Source: an uncultured Actinomycetes bacterium (lineage in GTDB: Bacteria; Actinomycetota; Actinomycetes; Nanopelagicales; Nanopelagicaceae). Taken from it: 52,865 bases of DNA. Both the position numbers and the translations under genes were made by a program. Every line of letters starts with the position of its first letter. Positions within the stretch are counted from its first letter, which is position 1. This document shows positions 1 to 9,979 of this stretch, piece after piece. The notes below the pieces were generated by a model. It searched no databases, was not told the DNA's origin, and worked only from the letters and a program-made list of their open reading frames with translations. The stretch is from assembly GCA_903954055.1 (NCBI GenBank), contig CAJBMC010000114.1, forward strand, positions 1 to 52,865, given 5' to 3'.

Positions 1-1220
1 GTGAGAGATCCGCCGTTTTCGATATTACGAGCAGCACCGAAGAACTTCTTTGGTGGATAGAGAGCTGCTGAATCAACACCACCAGATAAGATACGGCCTG
101 ATGCTGGAGCTGCGATGTTGTATGCACGGCCAAGACGTGTAATTGAGTCAAGGAGAACCACAACATCGTGTCCGAGTTCAACGAGACGCTTTGCGCGCTC
201 GATAGCGAGCTCTGCAATCATCGTGTGATCTTCTGCAGGACGATCGAATGTTGATGCAATAACTTCACCCTTAACTGAGCGAGTCATATCTGTCACTTCT
301 TCTGGGCGCTCATCTACGAGCACAACCATTAAGTGCACCTCTGGATTATTGACAGTGATTGCGTTAGCAATTGCCTGCAAGACCATTGTCTTACCTGCCT
401 TTGGTGGAGCAACGATAAGTCCGCGCTGTCCCTTACCGATTGGCGCAATCAAATCGATTACGCGAGTTGTAAGAATATTTGGCTCAGTCTCAAGGCGTAA
501 ACGCTCTTGCGGATATAAAGGTGTCAGCTTTCCGAATTCAACGCGCGCCTTTGCCTCTTCTACTGGGACGCCGTTAACTGTTTCAAGCGTGATTAGCGGG
601 TTGTACTTCTGCTTCTGCTCACCTTCACGTGCCTGGCGAACCTGACCTGTGACTACATCACCTTTACGAAGTCCGTACTTACGAACCTGACCTTGTGAAA
701 CATAGACATCGTTAGGACCAGGGAGGTAACCCGCGGTACGAATAAATGAGTAATTTTCTAAAATATCTACAAGTCCACCGACAGGTACAAGTACATCATC
801 TTCACCGATTACTGGTTCGCGCTCTTCGCGACCGCCACGGTTACGATCATTGCGGTCACGTCCGCGATTGCGGTCACGGCGGTTACGGTTACGGTCATTG
901 CGATCGCCACGGTCATTGCGGTGATCTGAAGAATTATCATCGTTATCGTTTGAATTCTGTGATGTGCCCTGTGAATCATCATCTGACTCATCTGCATCAT
1001 CTGCGCTCTTATTGTTATTACCGCTATTGCGCTTTGCATTGCGAGCTTCGCGGCGAGCTTCACGCTCTGCCTTTGCCGCCTCACGGTTTGCTGCCTGAAG
1101 ATCTCCGATTGCTGTCACAAGAGCATCCTTCTTAAGCTTTGCTGCACCTTCAATACCAAGTTGGGAGGCGACTTCCTTAAGTTTCGGAAGTGTCATTGCA
1201 GCGAGTTCTGTTGTTGTCAT
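1..1220 (-). CDS. rho: Transcription termination factor Rho (3'-truncated by the window edge), with actinobacterial low-complexity N-terminal insertion
   Basis: My translation from ATG 1220 gives MTTTELAAMTLPKLKEVA..., then GYLPGPNDVYVS, APIGKGQRGLIVAPPKAGKT (P-loop), DERPEEVTDM and LLDSITRLGRAYN. It is absent from the ORF track because it runs off the edge. Confidence 0.97.
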   Translation of the reverse strand, partial: MTTTELAAMTLPKLKEVASQLGIEGAAKLKKDALVTAIGDLQAANREAAKAEREARREARNAKRNSGNNNKSADDADESDDDSQGTSQNSNDNDDNSSDHRNDRGDRNDRNRNRRDRNRGRDRNDRNRGGREEREPVIGEDDVLVPVGGLVDILENYSFIRTAGYLPGPNDVYVSQGQVRKYGLRKGDVVTGQVRQAREGEQKQKYNPLITLETVNGVPVEEAKARVEFGKLTPLYPQERLRLETEPNILTTRVIDLIAPIGKGQRGLIVAPPKAGKTMVLQAIANAITVNNPEVHLMVVLVDERPEEVTDMTRSVKGEVIASTFDRPAEDHTMIAELAIERAKRLVELGHDVVVLLDSITRLGRAYNIAAPASGRILSGGVDSAALYPPKKFFGAARNIENGGSL

Positions 1221-1336
1221 TGATTTCTTTTCTTGAGTGTCCCTACAAATGTAGAGAGATTGTGGTTTTTACTAAATTGCTGAGATTTTTATCAGTGAAT
1301 TCGCCTCATTGAAACCGGCGGTGCTGATGGATGAAA

Positions 1337-2266
1337 CTATAGCAGGACTGCTCCACGTGAGGCAATTTCGAGTGGAGTACCTTCAAAAGCCTTTCCGCCA
1401 GCCAACTTTAGCTCCTCAATCTCGCGCTGATCGGCTGTGTGAAGAGCAAGAACTGTTGGGCCAGCACCAGAGATAAATGCGGCAACTCCAGCCCCACGAA
1501 GTTTTTCAACCAGAGCAAAAGATTCGGGCATTGCATCTGCACGATAGGACTGATGGAGGAAATCTTCAGTTGCGGTAAATAATAAATCTGGACGAGTTGT
1601 CAATGCGTGACTCATTAAAGAGGCATTTCGAGTATTTCGTACTGCATCATCAAAAGGAATTGATTCAGGCAACATCTTTCGTGCCTTTGAAGTAGCAAGG
1701 GCCTTCGCTGGAATGTAGGCCATCGCTTGGATTCGAGCATCAACATTGAGATGGACGCAATGCGCTGACGATTTATTCTTCTCCGATTCAAACCAAGAAA
1801 TAGTTGCGCCGCCAAATAAAGCTGCCGAGACGTTATCGGGATGGCCTTCCATATCTGTTGCGAGCGAAAGCAATTGGATATCGCTCATATGATCTTCACC
1901 GTTGAGTACGAGTGAACGTGCAAGAACAAGTCCGCCGATAATTGCACTTGCTGACGAACCAAGCCCACGACCATGTGGATTTACATTGAGCGCACGAATC
2001 GCTAAGCCCTTAGGGCGACCACCCAGAAAGTCAAAACCTTTATGCATGGCCTTGACTAAAAGATTCTTCTCATTGAGCGGAACTTCGTTTGCGCCCTCGC
2101 CAGTCACATCAATATCGAGAATTACATCATCGAGAACCTGCGCGACATAGCGATCGTGCATGGCAAGTGCTAAGCCAAATGAATCAAAGCCCGGCCCCAG
2201 GTTTGCCGACGATGCAGGAACCTGCACCTGCATTGGCTTCGCCTTAAAGGTTGGCTTACTCATCAA
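1337..2266 (-). CDS. thrB: Homoserine kinase
   Basis: VPASSANLGPGFD, GHMP motif PHGRGLGSSA, EGHPDN and SGAGPT; follows hom-thrC. Confidence 0.96.
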   Translation of the reverse strand: MMSKPTFKAKPMQVQVPASSANLGPGFDSFGLALAMHDRYVAQVLDDVILDIDVTGEGANEVPLNEKNLLVKAMHKGFDFLGGRPKGLAIRALNVNPHGRGLGSSASAIIGGLVLARSLVLNGEDHMSDIQLLSLATDMEGHPDNVSAALFGGATISWFESEKNKSSAHCVHLNVDARIQAMAYIPAKALATSKARKMLPESIPFDDAVRNTRNASLMSHALTTRPDLLFTATEDFLHQSYRADAMPESFALVEKLRGAGVAAFISGAGPTVLALHTADQREIEELKLAGGKAFEGTPLEIASRGAVLL

Positions 2267-3370
2267 TTACGCCTTACTCAAACCAAGTGCCTGCGCGGCA
2301 ACATCAGCGTTAACTGGAACAATCACCGGTTCTTTCGCGCCTTCAAGCGCCCAAGGAATATCTTTCAAACCATTACCAGTACAGGTAATTACTATCTTCT
2401 TGCCACGAGGTAGTTTTCCGGCGGCCTTGTATTTGATAAGCCCGGCAAGTCCTGCTGCAGATGACGGTTCGCAGAAGATTCCTTCTTGCGATGAGAGGAT
2501 GCGGTAGGCAGCGAGAATTTCTTCATCTGTTACCGAATCAATTAATCCTGAAGATTGATCACGAGCAGCAATAGCTTGATCCCATGACGCAGGCTTGCCG
2601 ATGCGGATTGCAGTTGCGATTGTCTCTGGATTATCAACTGGATGTCCTAAGACAAGTGGAGCAGCACCAGCTGCTTGGAATCCCCACATCGCTGGCTTCT
2701 GTGTTGAAAGGCCATCAGTAAAATATTCGGTATAGCCCTTCCAATATGCAGTGATATTTCCAGCATTACCAACTGGCAGGGTATGAATATCAGGTGCATC
2801 TCCGAGAAGGTCTACCACCTCAAAGGCTGCTGTCTTCTGTCCCTCAATGCGATATGGGTTAACTGAGTTAACAAGTGAGACCGGATACTTTTCAGAGAGT
2901 TCACGGGCAAGCACTAAACAATCATCAAAATTCCCTTGGACTTGAAGAAGTGTCGCACCATGAGCAACAGCTTGGGCAAGCTTTCCCATTGCAATCTTTC
3001 CCTCAGGAATAAGAACTGCCGGAACCATTCCCGCCTTCACTGCATATGCTGCAGCCGATGCAGATGTATTACCGGTTGATGCACAAATAACAGCCTTAGC
3101 ACCATCTTCGGCCGCCTTCGAAATCGCCATTGTCATTCCGCGATCTTTAAATGAGCCGGTGGGGTTAATTCCTTCAAACTTCACCCAGACTTCGTTATCG
3201 AGCATCTCAGAGAGGTTGCAGGCATAGATAAGTGGAGTGCCACCTTCACGTAGCGAGACCACTGGAGTCTTTGCGCTTACCGGCAAACGATGGCGATATT
3301 CTTCAATAACGCCGAGCCACTGATGTGCGCCTTCCTTCTTCTTGGAGTTATCTCTTCCGAAAAGTCCCAT
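2267..3370 (-). CDS. thrC: Threonine synthase
   Basis: PLP lysine in [10 protein letters not shown], plus [10 protein letters not shown] and PVGNAGN. Confidence 0.96.
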   Translation of the reverse strand: MGLFGRDNSKKKEGAHQWLGVIEEYRHRLPVSAKTPVVSLREGGTPLIYACNLSEMLDNEVWVKFEGINPTGSFKDRGMTMAISKAAEDGAKAVICASTGNTSASAAAYAVKAGMVPAVLIPEGKIAMGKLAQAVAHGATLLQVQGNFDDCLVLARELSEKYPVSLVNSVNPYRIEGQKTAAFEVVDLLGDAPDIHTLPVGNAGNITAYWKGYTEYFTDGLSTQKPAMWGFQAAGAAPLVLGHPVDNPETIATAIRIGKPASWDQAIAARDQSSGLIDSVTDEEILAAYRILSSQEGIFCEPSSAAGLAGLIKYKAAGKLPRGKKIVITCTGNGLKDIPWALEGAKEPVIVPVNADVAAQALGLSKA

Positions 3371-4674
3371 TACGAACTCGCTCCCTCTACCCGGATAACG
3401 CTTGAAATCTTGCTCACGATCTCCATCTTTTTAAGCGCTTCTACAGTTGCTTTGAGCTCGCCCTCAGTTGCAAGGTGAGTGACGATAATGAGTTCGGCAT
3501 CTTCATTGCGACCATTCTGATCAACAGTCTGAATCGAGACTCCCTGTGTTGCAAATACCTGTGCAATCGAGGCGAGTACACCAGACTTATCCTGTACTTC
3601 AAGGCGAATTAAAAATTTAGTCTTTGTGGTTTCAATCGGAGCAATATCGCGATCTGCATAATCTGTTTCGCGCTGGCCAATTGAGTTGAGTGCAATGTGT
3701 CGAGAGACTGCGAGTACATCGCCAAGAATTGCAGAAGCTGTTGGTGCACCTCCCGCCCCACGGCCGTAGAACATCAGCGGGCCAGCAGATTCAGCTTCCA
3801 CAAATACTGCATTAAATGCATCACGAACAGAGGCGAGTGGGTGGGCCTTCTCTAGCATCACAGGATGAACGCGTACTGAAATTTCATCCTTCGGAGTGAG
3901 CTCTGAGATAGCGAGAAGCTTGATGACATATCCAAGTTCTTTTGCAAGCTGCACATCTTCTAAAGTGATGTGCGAAATTCCTTCACGATATACATCTTCA
4001 ACTGTGACACGAGTATGGAATGCGAGCCCCGAGAGGATCGCCGCCTTCGCGGCTGCATCAAAGCCTTCAATATCTGCAGTGGGATCAGCCTCTGCATATC
4101 CAAGATCTTGAGCTTCCTTCAGTGCAACGGCAAATTCTTTATTCTCTTCATACATCTTTGTAAGAATGTAATTTGTTGTGCCGTTAACTATGCCCATGAG
4201 GCGCACAACAAAGTCGCCAACAAGTGAATCGCGCAAGGGGCGAATAATTGGAATCGCACCAGCAACGGAGGCTTCATAGTAAATATCTTCACCTTGAGCA
4301 TAGGCAGCGGTAAAGAGTTCCGCACCATGGCTTGCCAATAACGCCTTATTGGCAGTCACAATCGATTTACGATTTTTGATGGCAAGGTGGGCAAGTTCGC
4401 GAGCAGGTTCGATCCCACCCATAACCTCGACGATGAGATCAATATCTGGATCATTCACAATCGAGAATGGATCGGTTGTGAAGAGCGCTGGGTTGATGCC
4501 TGGGTAATCCTTGATTGTGCGGACTGCGATACGGGAGAGTTCAATCTTCACGCCGGCACGGGTCGAGAGTTCATCGGTATCAGCTAAGAGAAGGCGGGCA
4601 ACTTCGCTGCCCACTACGCCACAGCCAAGCATGCCAATACGTACTGGTTTATCTGCTCGGGTCATGGGCGTCAT
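3370..4674 (-). CDS. hom: Homoserine dehydrogenase with C-terminal ACT domain
   Basis: GCGVVG Rossmann motif, [23 protein letters not shown] and GYAEADP. Confidence 0.96.
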   Translation of the reverse strand: MTPMTRADKPVRIGMLGCGVVGSEVARLLLADTDELSTRAGVKIELSRIAVRTIKDYPGINPALFTTDPFSIVNDPDIDLIVEVMGGIEPARELAHLAIKNRKSIVTANKALLASHGAELFTAAYAQGEDIYYEASVAGAIPIIRPLRDSLVGDFVVRLMGIVNGTTNYILTKMYEENKEFAVALKEAQDLGYAEADPTADIEGFDAAAKAAILSGLAFHTRVTVEDVYREGISHITLEDVQLAKELGYVIKLLAISELTPKDEISVRVHPVMLEKAHPLASVRDAFNAVFVEAESAGPLMFYGRGAGGAPTASAILGDVLAVSRHIALNSIGQRETDYADRDIAPIETTKTKFLIRLEVQDKSGVLASIAQVFATQGVSIQTVDQNGRNEDAELIIVTHLATEGELKATVEALKKMEIVSKISSVIRVEGASS

Positions 4675-4678
4675 TCTT

Positions 4679-6028
4679 TCACATCTTGGCTACATCGAGA
4701 GCGAGTAAATCTGCCTCGGTCTCGCGGCGCACGATTACACGTGCTTTGCCATCAATGACTGCAACAACAGGAGGACGGGGAACATGGTTGTAATTGCTCG
4801 CCATAGATCGTCCATATGCTCCCGTTGCCGGAGTTGCGATGAGATCACCAGGGACCACATCAGATGGAAGTTGAATATCTCGAATAATAATGTCGCCGGT
4901 TTCGCAATGCTTACCAACAACTCGTGATTTAACAGATGGAGATACCGAAGAACGTTGAGCGATACAAGCAAAATATTCGGCATCGTAGAGAGCGGTTCGA
5001 GCGTTATCACTCATTCCACCATCTACAGATATGTATTTGCGAATCGAGCCATCTTCAATGACTACATCTTTCACAGTGCCCACTTCATATAACGTGAACA
5101 TTGTTGGTCCAACAATATTGCGCCCAGGTTCGATGGAAACAGTTGGCATTGAGAGAGAAAACTTTGCACACGCTGCACGTACCGCCTTCCCGATAGTGGG
5201 CAGAACATCTGAAGGCTCGACAGTTTTTTCATTCTCAAGGTAGGCGATTCCGTATCCCCCACCGAGATCAAGTTCTGGTAACTCTGCTCCAAATGCATCA
5301 CGGTAGCGTGCCATAAATTCAAGTAAGCGATCGGCTGCAATTTCAAATGCCTCGGTTCCAAATATCTGCGAACCGATATGGCAATGCACTCCGCGAAGTT
5401 CGAGCTCGGGAAGCTGAGCAATCTTTTCGACTGCAGTCCATGCCGCACCTGAAGCGATCGAGAATCCAAACTTCACATCCTCATGTGCAGTCGAAATTGA
5501 TTCATGTGTATGCGCTTCGATTCCTGGTGTCAGTCGGATTAAAACTTGCTGACGCTTGCCATGCTTACGGGCTGCCTCTGCCACACGATCGATTTCGTAG
5601 AGCGAATCCATCACGATTGTCTGCACTCCGATTGAAACTGCACGATCGATTTCAGAGAGAGATTTGTTATTGCCATGAACCTCAATCATCGATGGGTCTA
5701 CGCCTCCGGCAAGTGCAACCGCAAGTTCTCCACCAGTGCTGACATCGATACCGATTCCAATCTCAGAAATCCAGTGTGCAACGGCAGTGCATGTGAAAGC
5801 TTTTGATGCATAAAAGACATGGCCGGCTTTATCGCCGAACTCTTTAACTAACCCATCGCGCCAAGAGATGGCACGTGAGCGGAACGCATCTTCATCTAAG
5901 AAGAAGGTTGGAGTGCCAAACTCTTTCGCTAATTGCGTTGCCGGAATTCCAGCGAGCGAAACTTCGCCATTTGAAAATGTGATGTTTCTAGACCACATAG
6001 GAGCTCCTGAATTAGTTTGTGGCGACAT
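4679..6028 (-). CDS. lysA: Diaminopimelate decarboxylase
   Basis: YASKAF (PLP Lys), HCHIGSQI, EPGR, HCETGD and GAYG. Start placed at ATG 6028, which overlaps the argS stop (TAATG), rather than 6100. Confidence 0.95.
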   Translation of the reverse strand: MSPQTNSGAPMWSRNITFSNGEVSLAGIPATQLAKEFGTPTFFLDEDAFRSRAISWRDGLVKEFGDKAGHVFYASKAFTCTAVAHWISEIGIGIDVSTGGELAVALAGGVDPSMIEVHGNNKSLSEIDRAVSIGVQTIVMDSLYEIDRVAEAARKHGKRQQVLIRLTPGIEAHTHESISTAHEDVKFGFSIASGAAWTAVEKIAQLPELELRGVHCHIGSQIFGTEAFEIAADRLLEFMARYRDAFGAELPELDLGGGYGIAYLENEKTVEPSDVLPTIGKAVRAACAKFSLSMPTVSIEPGRNIVGPTMFTLYEVGTVKDVVIEDGSIRKYISVDGGMSDNARTALYDAEYFACIAQRSSVSPSVKSRVVGKHCETGDIIIRDIQLPSDVVPGDLIATPATGAYGRSMASNYNHVPRPPVVAVIDGKARVIVRRETEADLLALDVAKM

Positions 6029-7674
6029 TACATTCGCTCCGGTGCGCTGACGCCTAGTAAAGATAATCCATTGGAGATAACTTGCATCGTCGCCGCGCAA
6101 AGGTTAGCTCTCGCTGAGTGGATAGGTGCAGCAGCCTCATCACCGAGCGGTAGTACTCGGCAATCCGCATAGAACCCATGATAAACACCAGCCAACTCTT
6201 CAAGATAACGAGCGACGCGATGTGGTTCGCGAAGTTCTGCCGCTTGCGCAACAACTCGTGGGAACTCTGCCAACGTACCTAGCAATTCATTTTCGCGATC
6301 ATGGGTGAGTTGGGAAGGGTCGAAGTTATCGAGCCCAGTTGCAATTCCGAGTTCAGCTACATTTCGAAGTACTGCGGCAATACGAGCATGTGCATATTGC
6401 ACGTAGTAGACCGGATTTTCATTGGTGTTGCTACGTAAAATATCGATATCCATCACCATTGGTGTGTCAACTGGGTAGCGAATCAGCGTGTATCGAGCTG
6501 CATCCACGCCAACCTTCTCCACTAATTCTTCCAGAGTAATAATGGTTCCGGCGCGCTTGGAGAGTTTTACCTCTTCGCCGCCTTCCATAATTTTTACGAG
6601 TTGGCCGATGAGAACATGGATGTTGTAATCAGGATTATCTCCGGCACAGGCAGCTACCGCGCGCAGTCTATGAATATAACCATGATGGTCTGCACCCAAC
6701 ATATAGATGCAGATATCTGAACCACGTTCGCGCTTATTGATGTAATAGGCGGTATCTGATGCAAAATATGTCAGCTCACCATTTTCCTTAATCAACACGC
6801 GATCTTTATCGTCGCCAAAATCAGTGGTGCGTAGCCAGACTGCGCCATCGAGTTCGAAGACATGTCCTTGTTCGCGTAATTTCTCCATGCCATGTTCGAC
6901 TGCGCCTGATTGGTGAAGCGAACGCTCCGAGAACCACGTATCAAAATGAGTATGGAAAGTTTCGAGAACGCCCTGTTGTTGTGCCAATTGAACTTTATAG
7001 GCGGCTTCGCGGAAATCTTCGCTCGTTGATATTCCAGGATTTTCTGCAACGACAACTTTTGCTAGATCCTTGATGTAATCACCTTGGTATCCATCTTCAG
7101 GAATTGGATTGCCCTGTGCCGCCGCTTGAACAGATTGGCCAAAGAGATCCATCTGGCGCCCACGATCATTGATATAAAACTCTTGTGTGACATTTGCTCC
7201 AGCGGCTTTGAGTACACGACCCAGTGCATCGCCGACCGCAGCCCATCGTGTATGCCCCAAGTGCAGCGGGCCGGTTGGGTTTGCGCTAATAAATTCGAGG
7301 TTAATTGCAACGCCATTGAGAGTACTGCCGTGGCCATATTTATCTGCGGCGTTGAGAATCGTGCGAACGAGTTCGGCCTGATTGGCTCGGTCAAGAGTGA
7401 TATTGATGAAGCCCGGTCCGGCAATTTCAACTTTGCTCACTCCAGCCAGTCCAGCAATTTCATTCTGTAGCAACGTTGCAACTTCGCGCGGATTCTTGCC
7501 GGCTGCCTTCGCTAATTGAAGTGCAATTGAGGTTGCGTAGTCACCGTGGTCGCGATTCTTGGGACGCTCAAGAATTATTGACTCAGGGGCGGTTCCCGCT
7601 ATATCGCCTCGCGAAATGGCAGCTGCAACGAGCGCCTGAATTGAGGCTGCTAATTGATCTGCAAGTGAGGACAT
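6028..7674 (-). CDS. argS: Arginine--tRNA ligase
   Basis: EFISANPTGPLHLGH (HIGH motif), LSKRAG and NPVYYVQYAHAR; argS-lysA-hom is the usual actinobacterial order. Confidence 0.97.
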   Translation of the reverse strand: MSSLADQLAASIQALVAAAISRGDIAGTAPESIILERPKNRDHGDYATSIALQLAKAAGKNPREVATLLQNEIAGLAGVSKVEIAGPGFINITLDRANQAELVRTILNAADKYGHGSTLNGVAINLEFISANPTGPLHLGHTRWAAVGDALGRVLKAAGANVTQEFYINDRGRQMDLFGQSVQAAAQGNPIPEDGYQGDYIKDLAKVVVAENPGISTSEDFREAAYKVQLAQQQGVLETFHTHFDTWFSERSLHQSGAVEHGMEKLREQGHVFELDGAVWLRTTDFGDDKDRVLIKENGELTYFASDTAYYINKRERGSDICIYMLGADHHGYIHRLRAVAACAGDNPDYNIHVLIGQLVKIMEGGEEVKLSKRAGTIITLEELVEKVGVDAARYTLIRYPVDTPMVMDIDILRSNTNENPVYYVQYAHARIAAVLRNVAELGIATGLDNFDPSQLTHDRENELLGTLAEFPRVVAQAAELREPHRVARYLEELAGVYHGFYADCRVLPLGDEAAAPIHSARANLCAATMQVISNGLSLLGVSAPERM

Positions 7675-7831
7675 TTGCGTAGTTTAACGGTCGCTCCCTT
7701 CAATTTGTTGACCTATTGCCTCTTGGGCGACGCACTGAGGAATCTCTTGATTACGCGCGATTTTGGGATGAGAGTCTCGAAGCCTTACTCTTTGCCCTGC
7801 ATCTCATTAGAAATACTGCCTTGAGATGTAA

Positions 7832-7910
7832 GCGGGAGTGGTGAAATGGCAGACACGCCAGTCTTAGGAACTGGTGCTTCGGCGTGCGGGTTCAAGTCCC
7901 GCCTCCCGCA
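7832..7910 (+). tRNA. tRNA-Leu (anticodon TAG), CCA not encoded
   Basis: Acceptor stem GCGGGAG/CTCCCGC, anticodon arm CCAGT-CTTAGGA-ACTGG, long variable arm, T-loop GGTTCAAGTCC. Confidence 0.95.
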
Positions 7911-7937
7911 CATTAATTTAAGAATAGAATTTTAATT

Positions 7938-8270
7938 ATGGCGAAAGCATCACCAGCAAAGTTGAAGAAGCTTCAGGGCGAAGCAAAACGTGCCGCTGCA
8001 GCGCGCAAGGCTGAGAAAGCACAATCACGGATCGCTGCGATGCATGCCGATGTTGAAATAGATGCTTATGAAGATCTCGATGGCAATTGGAGAGAGATTG
8101 GGCTTGCCGCACCTGCCCGTCACGCTCTGATCGATGAAGGTCTCTATAAAGTTTCAGATCTGCGCAAGGTGTCACTCGCTGCGCTCAAAGAGTTACATGG
8201 GATGGGACCAAATGCGATTCGCATTCTGGTCGCTGAGATGAAGAAGCAGGATATTAGTTTTAGGAATTGA
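7938..8270 (+). CDS. Small basic protein with helix-hairpin-helix / RNAP alpha-CTD-like domain
   Basis: LAAPARHALIDEGLYKVSDL...LKELHGMGPNA resembles HhH/alpha-CTD patterns; TAGAAT lies 7 nt before the ATG. Confidence 0.6.
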   Translation: MAKASPAKLKKLQGEAKRAAAARKAEKAQSRIAAMHADVEIDAYEDLDGNWREIGLAAPARHALIDEGLYKVSDLRKVSLAALKELHGMGPNAIRILVAEMKKQDISFRN

Positions 8271-8313
8271 AATCGAGCTTGCGGAATTTCACAAAGATAT
8301 TGAAATCGAGCTT
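8266..8313. repeat. 15-bp direct repeat (ATTGAAATCGAGCTT x2)
   Basis: Exact copies at 8266-8280 and 8299-8313, between two convergent stop codons. Confidence 0.85.
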
Positions 8314-8563
8314 AGAGAACGAAGCTATAAATCAATAATAAGCCACCAATAACTGCACAGGTAAGTGCGGCGCCTTTGTTCTGCATCCACTTCTTTCCAA
8401 ACTCTGCAAACGATATTGCTAATAACAATCCGCCAGGAATGATTAACACAAGGCTCTTTGAAAGATTTGCTGATGCACCAGTTTGATAGCGCAGGTTGAT
8501 AAGTCCAACCGCAAGAGCGGCATATGCGCCCATTCGGAAATTATTGATGCGAATGTTATTCAT
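8312..8563 (-). CDS. Small membrane protein (about 3 TM), unknown function
   Basis: Three hydrophobic segments; TATTCT lies 7 nt upstream of the ATG. Confidence 0.7.
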   Translation of the reverse strand: MNNIRINNFRMGAYAALAVGLINLRYQTGASANLSKSLVLIIPGGLLLAISFAEFGKKWMQNKGAALTCAVIGGLLLIYSFVL

Positions 8564-8579
8564 AAAGAGAAGAATAATG

Positions 8580-8611
8580 GCGAAAGGCGCCGATTGCTCG
8601 ACGCCTTTCGC
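8580..8611. terminator. Hairpin terminator downstream of actinorhodopsin
   Basis: GCGAAAGGCG...CGCCTTTCGC inverted repeat just after the rhodopsin stop. Confidence 0.75.
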
Positions 8612-8626
8612 TTTATTACTGAGTAA

Positions 8627-9388
8627 TTAGTGGTCAGCAGCCATACCTTCAGCATGTGACTTCATACGTGCGATCTTGAGGATAGTTAATCCGAATACGC
8701 ACTTTGCGAGGATATCCGCAATTGTGTAACCAACCTGAACACCAACGAATGATGATGCTGTTGGATCACCATTCATTCCGAGGATATATGAGATTGGGTA
8801 TACGCCCCATGTAGCAACAAGGAGAAGGCGTAGACGCTTTACAGTGTCTGCAACTCCTGCTGGCTGACGATCCAATGACTTTGTGAGTTCTACGAAGAGA
8901 ACATACAAGATGTAAAGGAATGGGATTGTTGAAAGTACGCCGTAGATTGCAGCAGTTGTTGTGTTGGTTGAGATTTCTCCAGGGTAACCCAATGCGATCA
9001 TTGCAGCTGATGCTGGAACGAGGCGCATGATGAGTGACTTAGAGACTTCCTTAGCCAATGCAAGTACAGCAATTACTTCTACAAGAAGTAGTGGCACTGT
9101 TAGAAGCCAGTCAACATAGCGATATGCCTCGTTAAATGCTCCGTGGTTTCCAGAGACATTTACAGCAAAGCCAGTTGAAGCTTCGTTAAATGAGTTGAAG
9201 ATTCGCCAGTAGTGGTATCCAGCGATAAATGTCACCATTGATGACATGACAAGCGCATTGCGGTACTTCGGTAGTACTCGAGACTGTGAAACAAGTGTGT
9301 ACACGGTGCATGCGAGCATAGAAATCAAACCGAATGAAAAGATGTTATAAACAAGGTTCCATTGGTTGCTATTGAGCGTTACTGACAT
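8627..9388 (-). CDS. actR: Actinorhodopsin (xanthorhodopsin-like light-driven proton pump, DTE motif)
   Basis: 7 TM; helix C YRYVDWLLTVPLLLVE (D-T-E); retinal Lys in DILAKCVFG; ALGYPGE and WGVYPI. Confidence 0.95.
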   Translation of the reverse strand: MSVTLNSNQWNLVYNIFSFGLISMLACTVYTLVSQSRVLPKYRNALVMSSMVTFIAGYHYWRIFNSFNEASTGFAVNVSGNHGAFNEAYRYVDWLLTVPLLLVEVIAVLALAKEVSKSLIMRLVPASAAMIALGYPGEISTNTTTAAIYGVLSTIPFLYILYVLFVELTKSLDRQPAGVADTVKRLRLLLVATWGVYPISYILGMNGDPTASSFVGVQVGYTIADILAKCVFGLTILKIARMKSHAEGMAADH

Positions 9389-9586
9389 ATCTTTTGAGCC
9401 TTTCGTGACTCGTCTTCAATGCGGATCACGCGATCCGTAAGACCAAAAGCCAACGGGGACACCCAGGGCGTCATCGACCTTCGATGGGTAAATTGTGAAC
9501 CTAAAAGTCGAAATTTGCCCTCTTTATGAGGAGTTTCTTGAATTTAATTTGGACATTTGGGGCAAAACACAGGCTATGGGTATGAG

Positions 9587-9979
9587 CTAGAGGATTTCGC
9601 TCAGCAACTCTTCTACGCGTCGCTTGATTTCATCACGAATCTCCCGCACCGGCTCAATGCCTTGACCTGCTGGGTCTTCTAGAACCCAATCCTCATATCG
9701 CTTACCTGGGTAATAAGGACATGCATCGCCACAGCCCATTGTGATGACCACATCTGATTGCTGCACCGCCTCTGGCGTTAAGACCTTCGGCTTCTGGCTG
9801 GCGATATCAATACCGAGTTCCAACATCGCTGCTACCGCAACTGGATTGATGGAATCTTTTGGAGCAGAACCTGCAGAAAGAACTTCGACTCGATCTCCGC
9901 CGAGTTGGCGCATAAACCCTGCCGCCATCTGCGAGCGGCCTGCATTGTGAACGCAGACAAACATTATGGTCTTCTTCAT
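9587..9979 (-). CDS. arsC: Arsenate reductase, LMW-PTP fold, three-Cys (thioredoxin-coupled type)
   Basis: CVHNAGRS P-loop, MGCGDACP and WVLEDP. Confidence 0.88.
   Translation of the reverse strand: MKKTIMFVCVHNAGRSQMAAGFMRQLGGDRVEVLSAGSAPKDSINPVAVAAMLELGIDIASQKPKVLTPEAVQQSDVVITMGCGDACPYYPGKRYEDWVLEDPAGQGIEPVREIRDEIKRRVEELLSEIL

Noticed and set aside
349-1135. ORFs 349-645, 746-1135 (His-rich) and 809-1084 (Met/Thr-rich)
   Set aside because: Antisense or alternate-frame shadows of rho and its low-complexity insertion.
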